A DNA stretch of 54,287 nt, filler included, from Bipalium vagum (Eukaryota): assembly GCA_037834085.1 (NCBI GenBank). It is 3 parts of 3 records of this genome, joined end to end, with 100 filler letters (N's around TTAATTAATTAA, not from the genome) between each part and the next. Parts side by side here need not be neighbours in the genome. Positions count along the whole stretch, not along the records: positions 17,186 to 33,385 come from JBBMKC010123115.1; positions 33,486 to 54,287 come from JBBMKC010246332.1; 1 more part is not named here. One strand, 5' to 3'. Positions 23,901-37,416 of the stretch are shown in pieces. The translations under genes were made by a program, and so were the position numbers. The notes below the pieces were generated by a model. The model was given only the letters and a program-made list of their open reading frames with translations. It ran no database searches and was not told the DNA's origin. Numbering within the stretch: position 1 is the stretch's first letter; every line of letters starts with the position of its first letter.

Positions 23901-24158
23901 CTGAAATAAAAAAAATATAAAATATTACAATAAATATAATTAATAATTATAAATACTCATAGTATAATATTAATAAAGATTGTAATTAATTGAGAAATTT
24001 TTTTAATAAATTTTGTAGTGTCTTAAAAAATTTTATATAAACGAACTTTTTTATTAAAGTAGATCATAAGTTGAATAGCCACACCTATCGACACTAATAG
24101 TTGAAAATTATTATTAAAGTATTTTGTAATTAATTTAATATATACGAAATGAAATTAC

Positions 24159-24279
24159 TGAGAATAAAATATTTCTTCCGAAATATCGAGTAGTTGATAA
24201 ATATTTAAATTCAGTGTTTTAACTGCCATTTCTTCTTCTTTCAAAATATATCTCTTAACGTTAGAGGCTGGTCCTTCTC
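24159..24279 (-). CDS. DSTYK: DSTYK-like kinase, exon 3 (Gly-loop and VAIK)
   Basis: ccttag|GA acceptor, CA|gtaatt donor; (G)EGPASNVKRY..EMAVKTL..DISEEIFYS. Phases match the neighbouring exons. Confidence 0.85.
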
Positions 24280-24493
24280 CTAAGGAAAAATAAAAATTAA
24301 TTTAAATGAAGGTAGCAAAAAATAAAACGATAATAATTTTAAGTCTATTTTATATTTATGATTGGGTTTTTAAATTTATAATTTAACTTTAAATAATAAT
24401 AAGTTAATTTATTTAATAATAATTCAATATACTGGACTTCCGTAGACACTGAACTTTACACAAAACCAATATGAGAAATTCTCAAATAAATTA

Positions 24494-25100
24494 TATTAGG
24501 TTGTAAAAAAATTAAAAGCGGTTTTTATGACTTCATTTTTACATTATGTATTGTTAAATGAAATTTTGTTTTATTAAATAAATTTGTTTATATATTTAAC
24601 CGAAATCTTTGAAAAGGTAACTCAACAAAATATTAAAGAAAAAATATATAAAATTTTTAGGCTTTTGAAAACGAGATGAACGACATCCAAATTAGAGCAG
24701 TGTTCCTTTATGTACACTAAATGGGTGGTAATGTTGTACAAACCGCTCGAAATTTGATCCGTATATTCGGAGAGGGTACCACTAGTAAATGTAGCGCTCA
24801 ATGCTGGTTTCAAAGATTTAATGATGGAGATGAAGATATTTAAGATAAAGATGGTCGTAGACAAAAAGTCAAAGAAACTCGACAAATGGGTTCCACACGA
24901 TTTGACAGAAAATCAGAAATTATTTTGTTTTGAGTTGTCGTTAGCACTTCTTTTGCGCAACAAAAAGGAACCTTTCCTCGATCACATTATGACATGTGAT
25001 GAAAAATGGGTCCTGAATGATAACTGCCGACGTTCTCAGCAATGATCAAATCGACATGACCCTTCTGAACCTAAGTTGCACTAAGGGAAGGTTTTGATGA
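24494..25100 (+). mobile_element. Mariner relic, 5' half
   Basis: TIR-like TATTAGGTTG at 24494; KKLDKWVPHDLTENQK and MTCDEKWVL motifs. Confidence 0.9.
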
Positions 25101-25319
25101 CTGATACAAATATCAAATTTGTATGTAATTCAAGATATATAAATAAATTAATAATAATGTTTCTTTTGATAATTTAGATTAGTTAAAATTATTATTTTCA
25201 AAGCTATTGTTGCCGTTTTTCTTTGTAATCAATTTTATAAATAAATGTTTATTTCTGTTTCTGTTTTGTTAATTTTGAATGTAAAGATTAAAATTATTCA
25301 ATAGAACAACTCACACAAT

Positions 25320-26519
25320 TATTAGGTTTGTTCGCTTTTTAAAATCATTTATTAGTCAATATATAAGCAAAAATAAAGACATTTATTTCATGATAAACAA
25401 AAAGATCAATCAGTTACGTATTCTCTACCATTATTTACAATCTTTTCCCAGCGTTGTATCAATTTGTTGATCCTGTTTGACAAAAATTGCGCTTGTCTGG
25501 AATCAAATTCTCAAGCCAATTTTTCAGATCGTCATCATTGTTAAATGTTAGGTCGCGCATTTGGTTAAAAAGGGAAAAATAGAAAGAAATCTGATGGAGT
25601 CAGGTCCGGACTGTTTGGAGGATGAACCAAAGCCTCCCAACCAAGCTCATATATTGTCGTCTTTGTGAGCTGTACTGTGTGTGGTGAGACGATTTCGTAG
25701 TGCAAAATTACTGGCTCTTGGCGATCAGGTTGCTTCTCTTGAATAACTTGATTCAAACGATGCAATTGATCTACGCAGAGTTACAGATTGATTGTGCGAT
25801 TATGTGGTAGCATTTCAAAATAAATGAGACCCTTCCAGTCCAACCAAACATTTGCAAACATGAAGATCTTTCTTATCTTGACACGTTGCTGGTTCACTTC
25901 TGCTTACCCATTCTTTACTTTTTCGGTGATTTACATATAAACATCACTTTTCGTCTCCAGTGACAATTCGATGGAGAAATCATGAATTGTGACCATTAAG
26001 GACTCTGACGCGAAAGCAAATCTGCCGCAATTGTGAAGCGTTGATGTTTTTTGTTTACTGACAACTCATGCGGTATCCAAACTTCCATCATTTGAACTTC
26101 TCCCATTGATTGTAAGTGACAACAGGTCTTCATCTCACTTAAACGGCAACCTCACACATGCTTTGTCATCGAAGTCAGTAGGTCGCCAGTAATGCATTTT
26201 GCCTTGTACTTAGAATTTATCACTCTTAAAATTTCTGAGCTGTCCGAGGACTTATGGCACTTTTTTCATATATCTCAGAAATTTCTTGCAGCTTTACAAC
26301 AATGATTGTAAGCAAAAGTAATGTATATCTTTATCAGTAAATTCCATAGTTCAATGTAAAATGTCCGCAAAGTAAATATTTTAAATTTGTTCAGTAGAAC
26401 AAAATTATATATAATGGACAATTAGCTTTCAAAAAATTCACAATACTTTACTAAATACAAACAGAATTGGGACAAAAACTCATTTGACAAAACGAACGAA
26501 CTTATGCTTCAACCTAATA
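25320..26519 (-). mobile_element. Near full-length decayed mariner element
   Basis: TIR-like ends (ATTAGGTTTGTTCG at 25321, CGAACTTATGCTTCAACCTAATA ending 26519); WIPHEL, IVTGDEK, HPPNSPDLTPSDF motifs. Confidence 0.9.
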
Positions 26520-26599
26520 TTATCTTTAACCAAATGACTTATAGCTTCTTAAAATGACTCTTTGCGATGTGATATTTATTATGATATTCTTTCAAACTA

Positions 26600-27352
26600 C
26601 TCGTGAGCTTGCAGAAAGGTTGGTTGCACTCATAGTACTATTAAAAACCACCTTCACGCAATTGTAAAAGTAAACAGAAGCGGAAAATGGTTTCCGCACA
26701 AACTTAACAATCACAAACCAATGTTTGATACCTTCTTTAATAATCAGAGAACATCGGATTCCTTGACTGCATTGTAACATCATATGAAAAATGAATATCA
26801 TTTAATAATTGGACAAGAAAAGAAAAGTGATTAGACGTTGGTGAACCTACTCAAAGGCCAAAAATTCATGTATTCAAGGTCATGCTTTGTGTATGAATGA
26901 ACAAAAAAGATTTTGTATATTTTGAGTTGCTGGATAAGGGTCAGACGGGTAATGCAGAACAATACACTGACCAACTCAACTATTTTTTTTGTTCAAATAA
27001 ACACCTATAAATACCTCCAAAACAGAATTTCTCCTTCACAATGAACGCCCACACATTGTAAAAATCATTCAACAGCAAAACAAGCTATATATGATTATCT
27101 TTTATTCAGATTGATGCAGCATTCTATGGACAATAAAACATTCATAAACAACGAAGAGGTCAAAATATAGAAGTCACAGTTCTTTGAATCACAGACAAAA
27201 GACTTTTATAAGAATGGTATCCATTCTTTGTGTAAAAGATGACAAAGTGTAATTGACAATAATGAAGAAGATCTTTTGAATTGAAACTGTTTTATTGTTG
27301 TTTCTAAAAAAATTTTGTTTTTGATAAAAAACCGACTTAAAACGACCTAATA
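26600..27352 (+). mobile_element. Mariner relic, 3' half
   Basis: VMLCV..VYFELLDKGQTGNAEQYTDQL, DFYKNGIHSLCKR; terminal ACGACCTAATA at ~27352. Confidence 0.8.
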
Positions 27353-27852
27353 CGATGTATGTCATATGTAAAAATAAGCGAAATTTAAATATTTTCCTTT
27401 AAAAACTAATAATATTAATAATAACTAAATAACTTTAACTAATATTTTCCTTTTCCTTTCAATTTATTGTACTAGATTTTATATTTTTCAATTATATTTT
27501 AATTAATTAATTCCTCTTAAATATTTTTTTAATTGCTAATAATTTTCATAAACAAGATATAGGACAATTTAGCAAACTGAATAAAAATAAATAAATAAAA
27601 CTACATGTTTATTCTTGGCCAAATACTTTATTTATTATAACTTTATTATGTGAAAATTTTATCAATTTTGATAATAAATGTCTTTTCTCCAAGCAACATG
27701 TCTTAAATGCTTATACATACTATACGTACCATATTATACTTTCATATTAAAATAGAGGAGCTTATACTTTAATATTGTTTGGTTTAAATAAAAAGGTTTA
27801 CATTTTCAAAGGTTTCATAAATCAATTATAGTAATCCACAATTATATCATAC

Positions 27853-29164
27853 CGATTAGATCCTTTTCCTCTCCATTCTCTAATAAATATCTTCCTTTAA
27901 TATCCATGGTGTGCAGGAAAAGCATCAATAAAGTTGGTTTCGTTTTCGAAATATCAGATCTTGATTTTTGTGAATCGACTATTTTTTTCTGAATTAACAT
28001 TGTTTCAATTTCCATAGATTTGAGAAATGCGTTATGTTTCATTTCAAAGTCTTCAAAAAGACCTTTACATACATCTTCCGCCAATATATGGTGATCACAT
28101 CGATTTAAACATTCTTCTGCTTGTTTTAATTTCCATTCTAGATTTTTTACATTTACCTCATTTCCTTTTAGCTTGTCTATTAAACTGTTTGATATGAAGC
28201 TTTTGATACTTGATAAGATAACGTTCATAAATTCAATCACCATACTCTGACCATTATCTGGCGATATGGAGGACAGTCTTTCCAATTTATATTTTCTGTT
28301 TAATGTTCTTTCAAGAACAACTTTATAAGGTGACTTTCCTAATTTCAAAGAATTATTATTTACATTTCCTTTGAAAACTTGAAAAACATTTTCCTCAACA
28401 GCAATCTTGTAATTCTTAAATAATTCTTCCTCGACAAACTTTTTCAGTACATTTTCAAGTCCTTGAATTAAAACTTTCATAATGGAAATCTGGCATTGGT
28501 CCACAATGTTTGGATCATCAACAATTCCATTTTCAGGTATTTCTATCGATGAGGGATATTGAGTGTCTTTAAGTGGGTTGATAATAGACGTGGATTCCTG
28601 TTCCAGGCGAGTAATTAGACGATTTACCAATTCATCTTTTGAATCTGAAATTGCATGTTTAATCTTTTCATACATATTTCCTTCTATTTCTTTCATTAAA
28701 GCAATTTGTTCAAAGTTTTCTTTATTTTTTATCATGAAATTTTGATCATAATTAATGATTTTTGCAGAAATATCCATTTGGAAATTTAGCAAAATTTCGC
28801 AATAATCGAAAATTTTTGTTTCAAAATACCCTTTAAGACAAGTGAAAAGGTACATTTGAAATTTACAAAACTGTTTAAAATTGAATATGACTTCCTGATT
28901 GGTCTTACTTTTACTATATTCCAATACCATTTTTAGTGAAGCTCCGTGAAAATACGGACATTGTGTCCAGTTTTTGTAAGATGTTGGTATAAAATTATGA
29001 TGCTGGAGCTTTCTAAATGCTTTATCCATTTTCATTTTAGCTATTTCTATGGGATCAACAATGCCTTCATATTCCTGTATATTTTCTGTATCGAGAAATG
29101 TAACGAAATATATAATTTTTATATTTGGATCAAGATTTTTCAATTCCAGAAGATCAGCTGTATC
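27853..29164 (-). CDS. DSTYK: DSTYK-like kinase, exon 2 (end of GTPase-like domain and long helical stalk)
   Basis: ttattag|GAT acceptor, ATC G|gtatga donor; 437-codon open frame DTADLLELKNLDPNIKIIYFVTFLD...EKDLI. Confidence 0.85.
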
Positions 29165-29534
29165 CTAATAAAATAAATTGTGAATATAAATACATAGACA
29201 AATAGTCAATATTAGTTATATTTATTTTATATTATATTTATTTTATTTTATATTTATTTAATCTCGAAAACAACATATATTCATTTAATATTTGTTATAA
29301 AAGTTTATAATATTTAATTAGTAAAGATATTTTACTTATTAATTTTAATACATTCACTTGGTAAACATTGTAATTTGGTTACTTTACTTTAAACTGAAAA
29401 AAACTTAATCTATCTATAAATTTAATATAATTAATATTATTGTGCTAAATAATGAAACAAATAAAATTAAAGATTCCTTTTACTTATAATTTAAAAATAA
29501 AATAGAACATAAAAATAAAAGCTATTAATCTAAC

Positions 29535-30248
29535 TGTTTGTCTGATTCCAGCTTTACCTTCAATTATATAAATAACTATTGGTAAAACGTTTTCCTTTAA
29601 ACATTCCGTCAAATCTGTAATATTAAATCCTTCGTTTAATCCAGGAGTATCTATAAGATCGATTCCGTTTTTCAAGAAATTGATATTCACTCCAGCCCTG
29701 ACGAATCGAAGAGGTTCAGACTTTGCTTTTTTTACATTATCTAATTTGACGTATTTCTCTGGAATCTTGCATGTTTTAAGATTTTTCTTTTCAAAAGAAT
29801 TTCTCTTATTATCTATGACTTCGACAAAATTTTTCTCATTATATGTGATTCTAATAATTCTTTCAGTACAACGAGCATACGTCTGTGGGACTACAGATTT
29901 TCTTAATAGGCTGTTAATGAACATGCTTTTCCCGGCATTTACCTGACCAAGTATAAAAAGCCCTGGATTCTCAATTTTCAGATTTTTGCTCTTCAGTTCA
30001 TTTTCACTTTTTCCATCTTTCGTTCGATTAACTCCAAGCTTTTCTAACAGATCTGTTAAGCTTTTCACATCGAAACACTTTGAAACATCAGAACATAATA
30101 AATCGGAAACTTCATTGAAAAAGTTTATCGTATCGACCGTTAAAGAAACCAGTAATTCTCTGCGTTTTCGGTAGCTCTGGATACATTCCATTAGCTGTAA
30201 TTGAGAATTTTCATATTCAGTATTTTTCCTAATAAATGAACGCATCAT
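29535..30248 (-). CDS. DSTYK: DSTYK-like kinase, exon 1 (dynamin-like GTPase N-terminus)
   Basis: ILGQVNAGKS (G1), RCT (G2), LIDTPG (G3); ACA|gttaga donor. The five spliced exons total 2781 nt = 926 aa plus stop. Confidence 0.88.
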
Positions 30249-31779
30249 AATTTATGAAAAATAACCGATATACTAAATGTACACCGGATATCACCTAGTA
30301 TTTGTGCTATTTTGATAATGTCTTTGACATAAAATCAATAAGTTTTAGTCTTAGTCAATAATAATAGTTTCAAAATGGGTTTTAGGTTGAAATAATTATT
30401 TTTAATATTTTTTTATTTTTATTTTTCAGTATTTATGTTAATTCTTTTAATTATAACATATATAAAAATATTATTCTTTCATCCTAGAAATATATTGAAA
30501 AGATTTTACAAAATTTTAAAATTTTCGTAAATTTATTAAGTCATTAAATAGAAAGTGTTCTATTTGTATTTTATAATTTGAATTAAATAACACAGTAAAC
30601 ATAAATATGCAGTTTGAGAAATTTTGTGAAATCTAGTCCTAGAAAAAAACAACAAACCAAACAAAAATACTTTAAAAGCCTACACATATTTGCATTTTAT
30701 CGAACCAATTTTCGAAGTATGTGTTCCATTTTGAAGTTGGCACTTAGACATAAATTACTAAGTCATAAATCAGTGATGATTTAGAATAAAAAATCATAAT
30801 GTGATAAATTCGGTGAATAAGTAATGTTATTAATTATATCGAGTTGGCGTTATCATAAACAATAATTTGTCTATTTTGGTTGCTCTATAATTTTGGAAAT
30901 CGCCAGTGGTAGTCAAAATGTTATATATCATTCAACATTGATGATTTGCTTCTCTAAATATTATTATTTCCACATGTCCTTTAAAACCAAAGAAACAGAC
31001 AATCATTTTCTTGCACCACTATGAGACTGAACGACTTTTGTTGGTTTGGATAAACTTTTAAATAATCCAACAGTAAATTTTTACTTATTTTTAGAGTTTT
31101 ACGAATAAATCTAAGTTTTATCATCATTGAAGATATTGAAAATTAATTATGGACAATTGTTAAATTTCTTGAGCATTTTTTATTCTACTAAAAACGAAAT
31201 TCTTTTCAAAAGATGTAAAATTGTGTTGGATCCAATGACCGCATATTTTTTATGGTCGTACAAAATATTTTCAATTTCTTTCATCTCAATACCAACGGAT
31301 GCTTCAATGTAACGCTATGCTATTTATCTATCTCTTTCAATCAATTAAGTACACTTTCAATATTAGGGACTAAGAAGATTTCTATGAAAACAAAGAGAAG
31401 CTTTCTTTTAAATGATTTTTACATTTGAATTAAAAATCATTTTATCGTGAATAATTTGTTTGGAGTTATTCCTATCTTGCTTTCTCTAACCATCTTCATT
31501 AAAATATGTGAATCACTTCTCTATTTATCTTTAATTGTGAAATCATCGCAACCAAGTTTAGAAATGACTTGTTGCGATCAATACCCAAAGATCAAATTTA
31601 TATTTTTTCACGATTTTTATGAATTTTACAATTTTATTAAGTGTATTGGTATGATTCAGGATTTTACATAAATGAGTTAAAATTTGTGGTTCAATTAATA
31701 AATTAAGTTGCTATTATATATTATTTTTCAGATTATATATTAATAATTCAAGAAAAATATAACTTTATGAAAATAGATA

Positions 31780-32410
31780 TTGTTTAAATAATAAAGAAAT
31801 TCAAAATGGCCAATTTTGTTCCAAATAAACGTCATTTGCTGGATGTTATGTTAAATTACTTTTTTGCAAAGAAAACCTGTGTAGAGATACTCTGCTTGTT
31901 GGTAGAAGTTTTCGACAAATGTGCTCCTTCCGTTACGGCATGCTAAGAATGGTCTTGCTGATTCAGGAATAAAGATTAAGACATCATGGTAGATTCCAAC
32001 AAGTTTTTGAAGATAAATAATTGACATGACAAACGCAAACCGATCTGTTCGTTGTGTTAAATGTGAGCCAGGGATGCATTTCCCAACGTTTGAGAAGTAG
32101 TGGAATGATTAAAAAATTATGAAAACAGGTTTCACATAGATTGACGGAAAGAGATATTAAAAGGAGACTGACAATTTATGATATTCTTCTTCAGATGCAA
32201 TAAAGAAAATGTTTCTTATATAGGATTGTGACAGGAAACGAGATTTGGATTCCATGTGACAACCCAAAATTCAATGCATCTTGAGTGAAGCATGGCGAAT
32301 TGAGTACATCATATCCATGAGTCTAAAGTGATGCTGTGTATCTGGTGTGATAAAAAATTATGATTTATTATGAACTGTTGAAATCATCAGAAACGATAAC
32401 TGGTGACTTT
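31780..32410 (+). mobile_element. Mos1-like mariner relic
   Basis: MANFVPNKRHLLDVMLNYFFAKKT..., RIVTGNEIWI, KVMLCIWCDKKL.IYYELLKSSETITGD; multiple stops. Confidence 0.9.
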
Positions 32411-32699
32411 ACCTTTTTACTGGTGCCTCGGACGATAAATATTTTCGTTTTTTCTTTGAATATGTTCTCCAGTCATCTAGTCCATCAATGGAAAACCACT
32501 TATCGTCAGAAAAATGGTTTGTTCTCACACAGTGCGCCACAAATTTATTGCCGCACTTACAAAAATGACATTATCTTTTGTCCAAAGATTTCAAAATATT
32601 TACGCAATGTAGCTATTAGTGTCTTATTGCAAATGTAAAAAAATAATTGAAAAATTCTTAATATAACCAACTATATTAAGCAGAGAATAAAAATATAAA

Positions 32700-33384
32700 G
32701 AAAAAACTGACACAAATTAATTGCCACAATTTCCAAAAAATCGATTTTTATTCACAAAAATGTACCAATACGATTCTAATAGTTTACTGAGCTGCCATGA
32801 GCATAAATAGTCTCAGAAATTCTATTTGGCATTGAAGTTACCAAATTTTCCAGGATGTATTGATCCATGTCTTCCCAACATCCAATAACTGTCGATTGCA
32901 GCTCATCAATTGAATTGCTTTCCACCATCATATACCTTCCGAATCAACACTCCCCATAAGTATTCTATGGGATTTAGATACGGTGAGTACGGCGGCCAGT
33001 CCATAACTTCAATATTTTTGCTTTTTAGACATTCCATAGTTGGACGGGATACATAGCACGTGCAATTATCTTGCTGAAAGACAGGGCTGAATCCGCCAAA
33101 ATCTTTATGAAAGGTAGTAGATTGTCTTTCAGGAGTCTCTGAGTCTCATTTTTGGTATTTTCAGACTTGGGAATTGTTGATAACACGGCGGATGGTCTCC
33201 TTACTTACATTTAAGTTCATGTTTAATTGTTGAGTTTGAAATCGATTTATTGCTGGATTTACGAATAATCAATCGTTTCATTTTTGGCGAAATCTTTGTC
33301 TTTGAGCTAGGCTTACGATTTTTGCTATCTCCATTTTTCAAATAATATTTTATGGAGCTTTCATTTCTGTTTAACTTATTTCCG
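32700..33384 (-). mobile_element. Tc1/Tc3-like transposase relic ending at a gap
   Basis: VFQQDNCTCYVSRPTMECLKSKNIEVMDWPPYSPYLNPIEYLWGVLIRKVY. Confidence 0.9.
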
Positions 33385-33485
33385 ANNNNNNNNNNNNNNN
33401 NNNNNNNNNNNNNNNNNNNNNNNNNNNNNTTAATTAATTAANNNNNNNNNNNNNNNNNNNNNNNNNNNNNNNNNNNNNNNNNNNN

Positions 33486-33677
33486 ACCGACCATGTAATT
33501 AATGCCTGTAGTCGGTTCCGATCCCGTTTGGAGGCCGTCATCGAAGCTAAAGGAGAATGGATGAGTGGCATTGAAGATAAACCTGTAAATTTTGAAACCT
33601 ATAAATAAATTTTATAATTTGCTTGATAATTACAAAAATACTGATAATTTTCCCGATTTAAGTGGTGCACCCTGTAC
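33486..33677 (+). mobile_element. 3' end of a Tc1/mariner-superfamily (maT-like) element
   Basis: NACSRFRSRLEAVIEAKGEW followed by a terminal ...GTGGTGCACCCTGTA (reverse complement TACAGGGTG). Confidence 0.75.
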
Positions 33678-34299
33678 AAGAGAAATTAAAGTAATTACAT
33701 ATTGATAAAACTCCTGTGGTTAAGTTTCATCAACTTTTTTCATATTGTTATTGTCATCAATAATTTGAGTTATTTTGCGAAGTAGATTTATATATTAATT
33801 ATTTTATTCATTTACATTGTAATCAGTATCCATGTTATTTAATTCGATTTATATTAAAATTACTTAATTAAATTCATATTTACATATTACAGTATAACCT
33901 GCCTAATTTGGACATCTTTGATTGCCTAATTGTATGGAACATTTTAGAAGGTGCACAAATTATTTTTTAAAATGTTATAATACATAAAAGTTATGTAATT
34001 ACATAAAAATCAAAAAGTTAAATATATTCCAAAAATTTATTTACAGAATCAATTTTTAGTTGCTTCTAATTATGGAATGATTCTTCAAAATGCATAACTT
34101 TGTTATATGAAATTATTGATTTCTCAATAACTGATTTTTATTTTGTTGATTAATTGGTAAGGCAAAAAACTATTTAAAAAATCTTGATGCATTGAAGCAA
34201 TTCATTTTTTAACATTATAAGAATTGAAGGCCTATCTACCAAGAGAATGCTGCATGAATCGAAAACAAATGGAATTTATATTCCTCTAAGTCTGCTGAG

Positions 34300-35202
34300 T
34301 ACGGACGATGAAGTAGAATCTACCGGCCATGTCTTTTCAATGTTTCTTTAACTAGTTTGAGAGTGTGGTCTGGTATGATCGTGTTGCAAAATGACCTGAT
34401 CATGTCTTAGATCATATTGTGATCTCATGGTACTTCTTGGTCGACTTAAATCGAGTAATTACTGCTCATATCGATAGTTACAGTTTCGGATGGTTAAAGA
34501 TTCTCATGGTACAATGCTCCCGTTTGTTCTCAACAGATGCATAGCATCACTTTGCTTCTGCTCGTCCATCTTTTAATATCGATGTTGATTGCTCTCCAGG
34601 CCTTGCCCATGATTTTCTGAGCTTGGAATTCTTATACGACACCTATTTTCATCACCAGCTGAAATTTGATGCAAAAATGAATGCCTTGTTAGTAACATTC
34701 CGCAAACAGTTTTGCGATTTTCTTGCTATCTTTCGGTCAAATCCATTTTCCATACTTTTGAACATTCTCAATTAGTGCATCCGTTTACCAGCAGTTGACC
34801 TGTCAATATTCAATGTCTGTACTATTTCTTCAAGCGTTTGACATGGGTATTCTTTGAAAATTCCTCGTAAATCTTCGAACTTCTTAAGTTTTCCTGAACG
34901 TTCTTTGTCTTTCACGCTAAAGTCACCTGTCTTAAATTCTCAATATCATTCTCGGCATGTTGGTTCGGACAAAGCATTATCACCGTAATCTATTCAGCTG
35001 TTGATTTCTTTAAATTGTAAAAAAATAATGATTCCCGCAAATGCTGTTTTCTTGGTTTATGATTTTCCATTTTCGCTAAAATAAATAAACTACTTAATCA
35101 GTTAAAACAAATACTAACTATTGATATCTTAGATATATTACAGTATATTTATAATAATTAATCTATAACAAAACAGTGAGAACTAATTCCAATAACTAAT
35201 AA
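34300..35202 (-). mobile_element. Mariner relic
   Basis: MENHKPRKQHLRES..YGDNALSEPTCRE..FKTGDFSVKDKERSG, FLHQISAGDENRC; TIR-like end near 35200. Confidence 0.85.
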
Positions 35203-36958
35203 TTAAGATGATCTGCCTTGATTGATAATTAATTTTATTTAAATATAAGTTAGAAAATTATCTATTTAAGAATAAATCAATTGAAAACTCCACAACTAAA
35301 AAACCATTTTCTTGCTTATAGAATGAAATATTTTGTTAACTTTTTAAAAATAATTTCTGAATGAAAATCAATATTGAAAATTATTTTAATTTTGAGGCAG
35401 TAGGACAAATCTCAACACCAGATGTATAAGAATACTAATTTTGGAACTTCAACATTGTAAATGTCCTATGCTTTTACTTTTGTTAAAGAATAAAAATATT
35501 TTAAAATATATATATTGACGGAATTTTTTAAATGGATGTTTAAATACTTCATTTGGTAAAATTGAAAATTTTAATTGGAATATCTGATTTTAAAAGAAAA
35601 TTTCTTTGTTTAAATTGAAAGGATTTCTTTTAAAATCATCATTTTAATATTTACGTAACTGATATCAAAATCTAAAAAATAATAATTCAAATTTCAATAA
35701 AAGTAATATCAGGCCTAAATATGAGTATATTTATGAATCCATAATTTTTTATAATATTTCACATAATTCAGTAGAAGATTTTATTATTTTATTGAGTTAT
35801 CAATAAGATTGGAATTTTTGATGATGTTGAAAATAAGAAACCAAAGAATCTTGCTTTTAATAAAATCTCTAATTATATTTTTAAATTTTCTTTATAAAAT
35901 ATTTGTATTACTTAATACCTAAATTTATGATGTCAAATAAATTCAAAATGATATTAGGTTACGAGAAAAGTATTGCGGTTTTTCTACATATATTATTAAA
36001 ATTTCAAATAATATTTCTTAATAATTGATTTAAAAGCCACGAATTTCTATTTAAATATAACTATTTTACATGTTCATATCAAAATCAATTATTGTAAACG
36101 TTACACTTAAATTTAACGTGATTTCTGTACTAAAAAATGTATATTATATAAATAAAAGTATTTATTCAATTATCTGGAAAAGAGAATCTTTAGACTTTAT
36201 AAATGATTATACTTCATGTACAGATTTATCGATCCAAAAATTTTCTCCTTGTCCCTAACCCACTAATCATTGCTAATATAAAGAGAAACATTTATTTAAC
36301 ATCTCTGAAACCAATTCGAAAAGCCATACATTTCGTTAGTGGTTATTTCTTTATCCAAATAAAGTAAAACTAAAAAAACGTGAAAAATAAAAGTAGGAAA
36401 CGGTACCGATTGAAAAGAATTCCGGTACATTTTATAACTATCAAAGGGTCCTAATTTTAAATCGGAAATTAATTACGAAAAAATATTGATTTTTTAGAGA
36501 GTTGCTGATCTCGACTTGCATCAGAAACGTTGATGATTTTTTTAATTACATTTTTTACAATTTAATTATTAATATAATTTCAAAAATGTTAAAATATTAA
36601 TTTTTCTTCAAATTTAAACAAGTTTGTTTTAGAGATATTTTTGGCAATTAGTGAACAAATTTAATTAAATTTGAACAAGTTTCCTAAAAAGAGTTAAATA
36701 TGATTTATTGTGCAAATTAACCCTAGTCAGTCCAAAAGTGAGATAGAAGGATTAGAGATGTCAAATACTTCTCATTTCTGTGAAAATACCAAATGGAAAT
36801 TATTTTCCAAGTTTTGTTAAAATAAATTATTTAATAATTAATCCCTGGTTATATTACCATGACATATATCAAATTATGGATAAATGTCGAAGCTATTTAG
36901 CTTAATTTGGAGAAAAATTTGATTAAATAAATGGAAAAGTTAGGAAAACATATTTTAC

Positions 36959-37416
36959 CTTAAATGCGTAATGTAAATTGACAAGGAAAGGAAAGTTTAC
37001 TGATTGCAGAATTCTTTTCTCATTAAGGGTGTGTTCAACCTGCTTCATTTTCACTATCTTCAATCAAAATAAAAGTATTGGTCAATATAACTATACTTTT
37101 TGTTTGTTTAAAACTTTCATAGCATAATACCTATCTGTTTCCTCTTTATATACCAAAATAACAGTCCCAAAGGTTCCAGTACCAAGTGTTTTTACCCTGG
37201 TGAATTCACTAAGCGAAGCATTCATCTAAAAAAATGAATATTACTTTATATTTTAATCTTAATATATTACATGATGAGTAGAATCCCATTTTTCGAAGAA
37301 TTCACGCCTCGCATTTTCTAGGAAGTCTTCAACTAAATTTTATTAATTATTATAATTATTGTGTAATTTTGAAAACCTTCACATATGTTGTCTTTCTTTG
37401 ATGAATTTATACCCAT
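36959..37416 (-). CDS. PRKACA: cAMP-dependent protein kinase catalytic subunit, exons 1-4 only (37416-37377, 37332-37271, 37225-37097, 37057-36959); rest not found
   Basis: Spliced: [114 protein letters not shown] introns of 44, 45 and 39 nt at the positions typical of metazoan PKA-C genes. Confidence 0.92.

Noticed and set aside
30665-30745. LKAYTYLHFIEPIFEVCVPF, reminiscent of a CR1/L2 ORF2 C-terminus
   Set aside because: Too short and decayed to support a call.
36840-36880. HNLIYVMVI*PG, faintly like PKA exon 5 (NLYMVMEYVPG)
   Set aside because: In-frame stop, no suitable acceptor and low similarity; may be chance.
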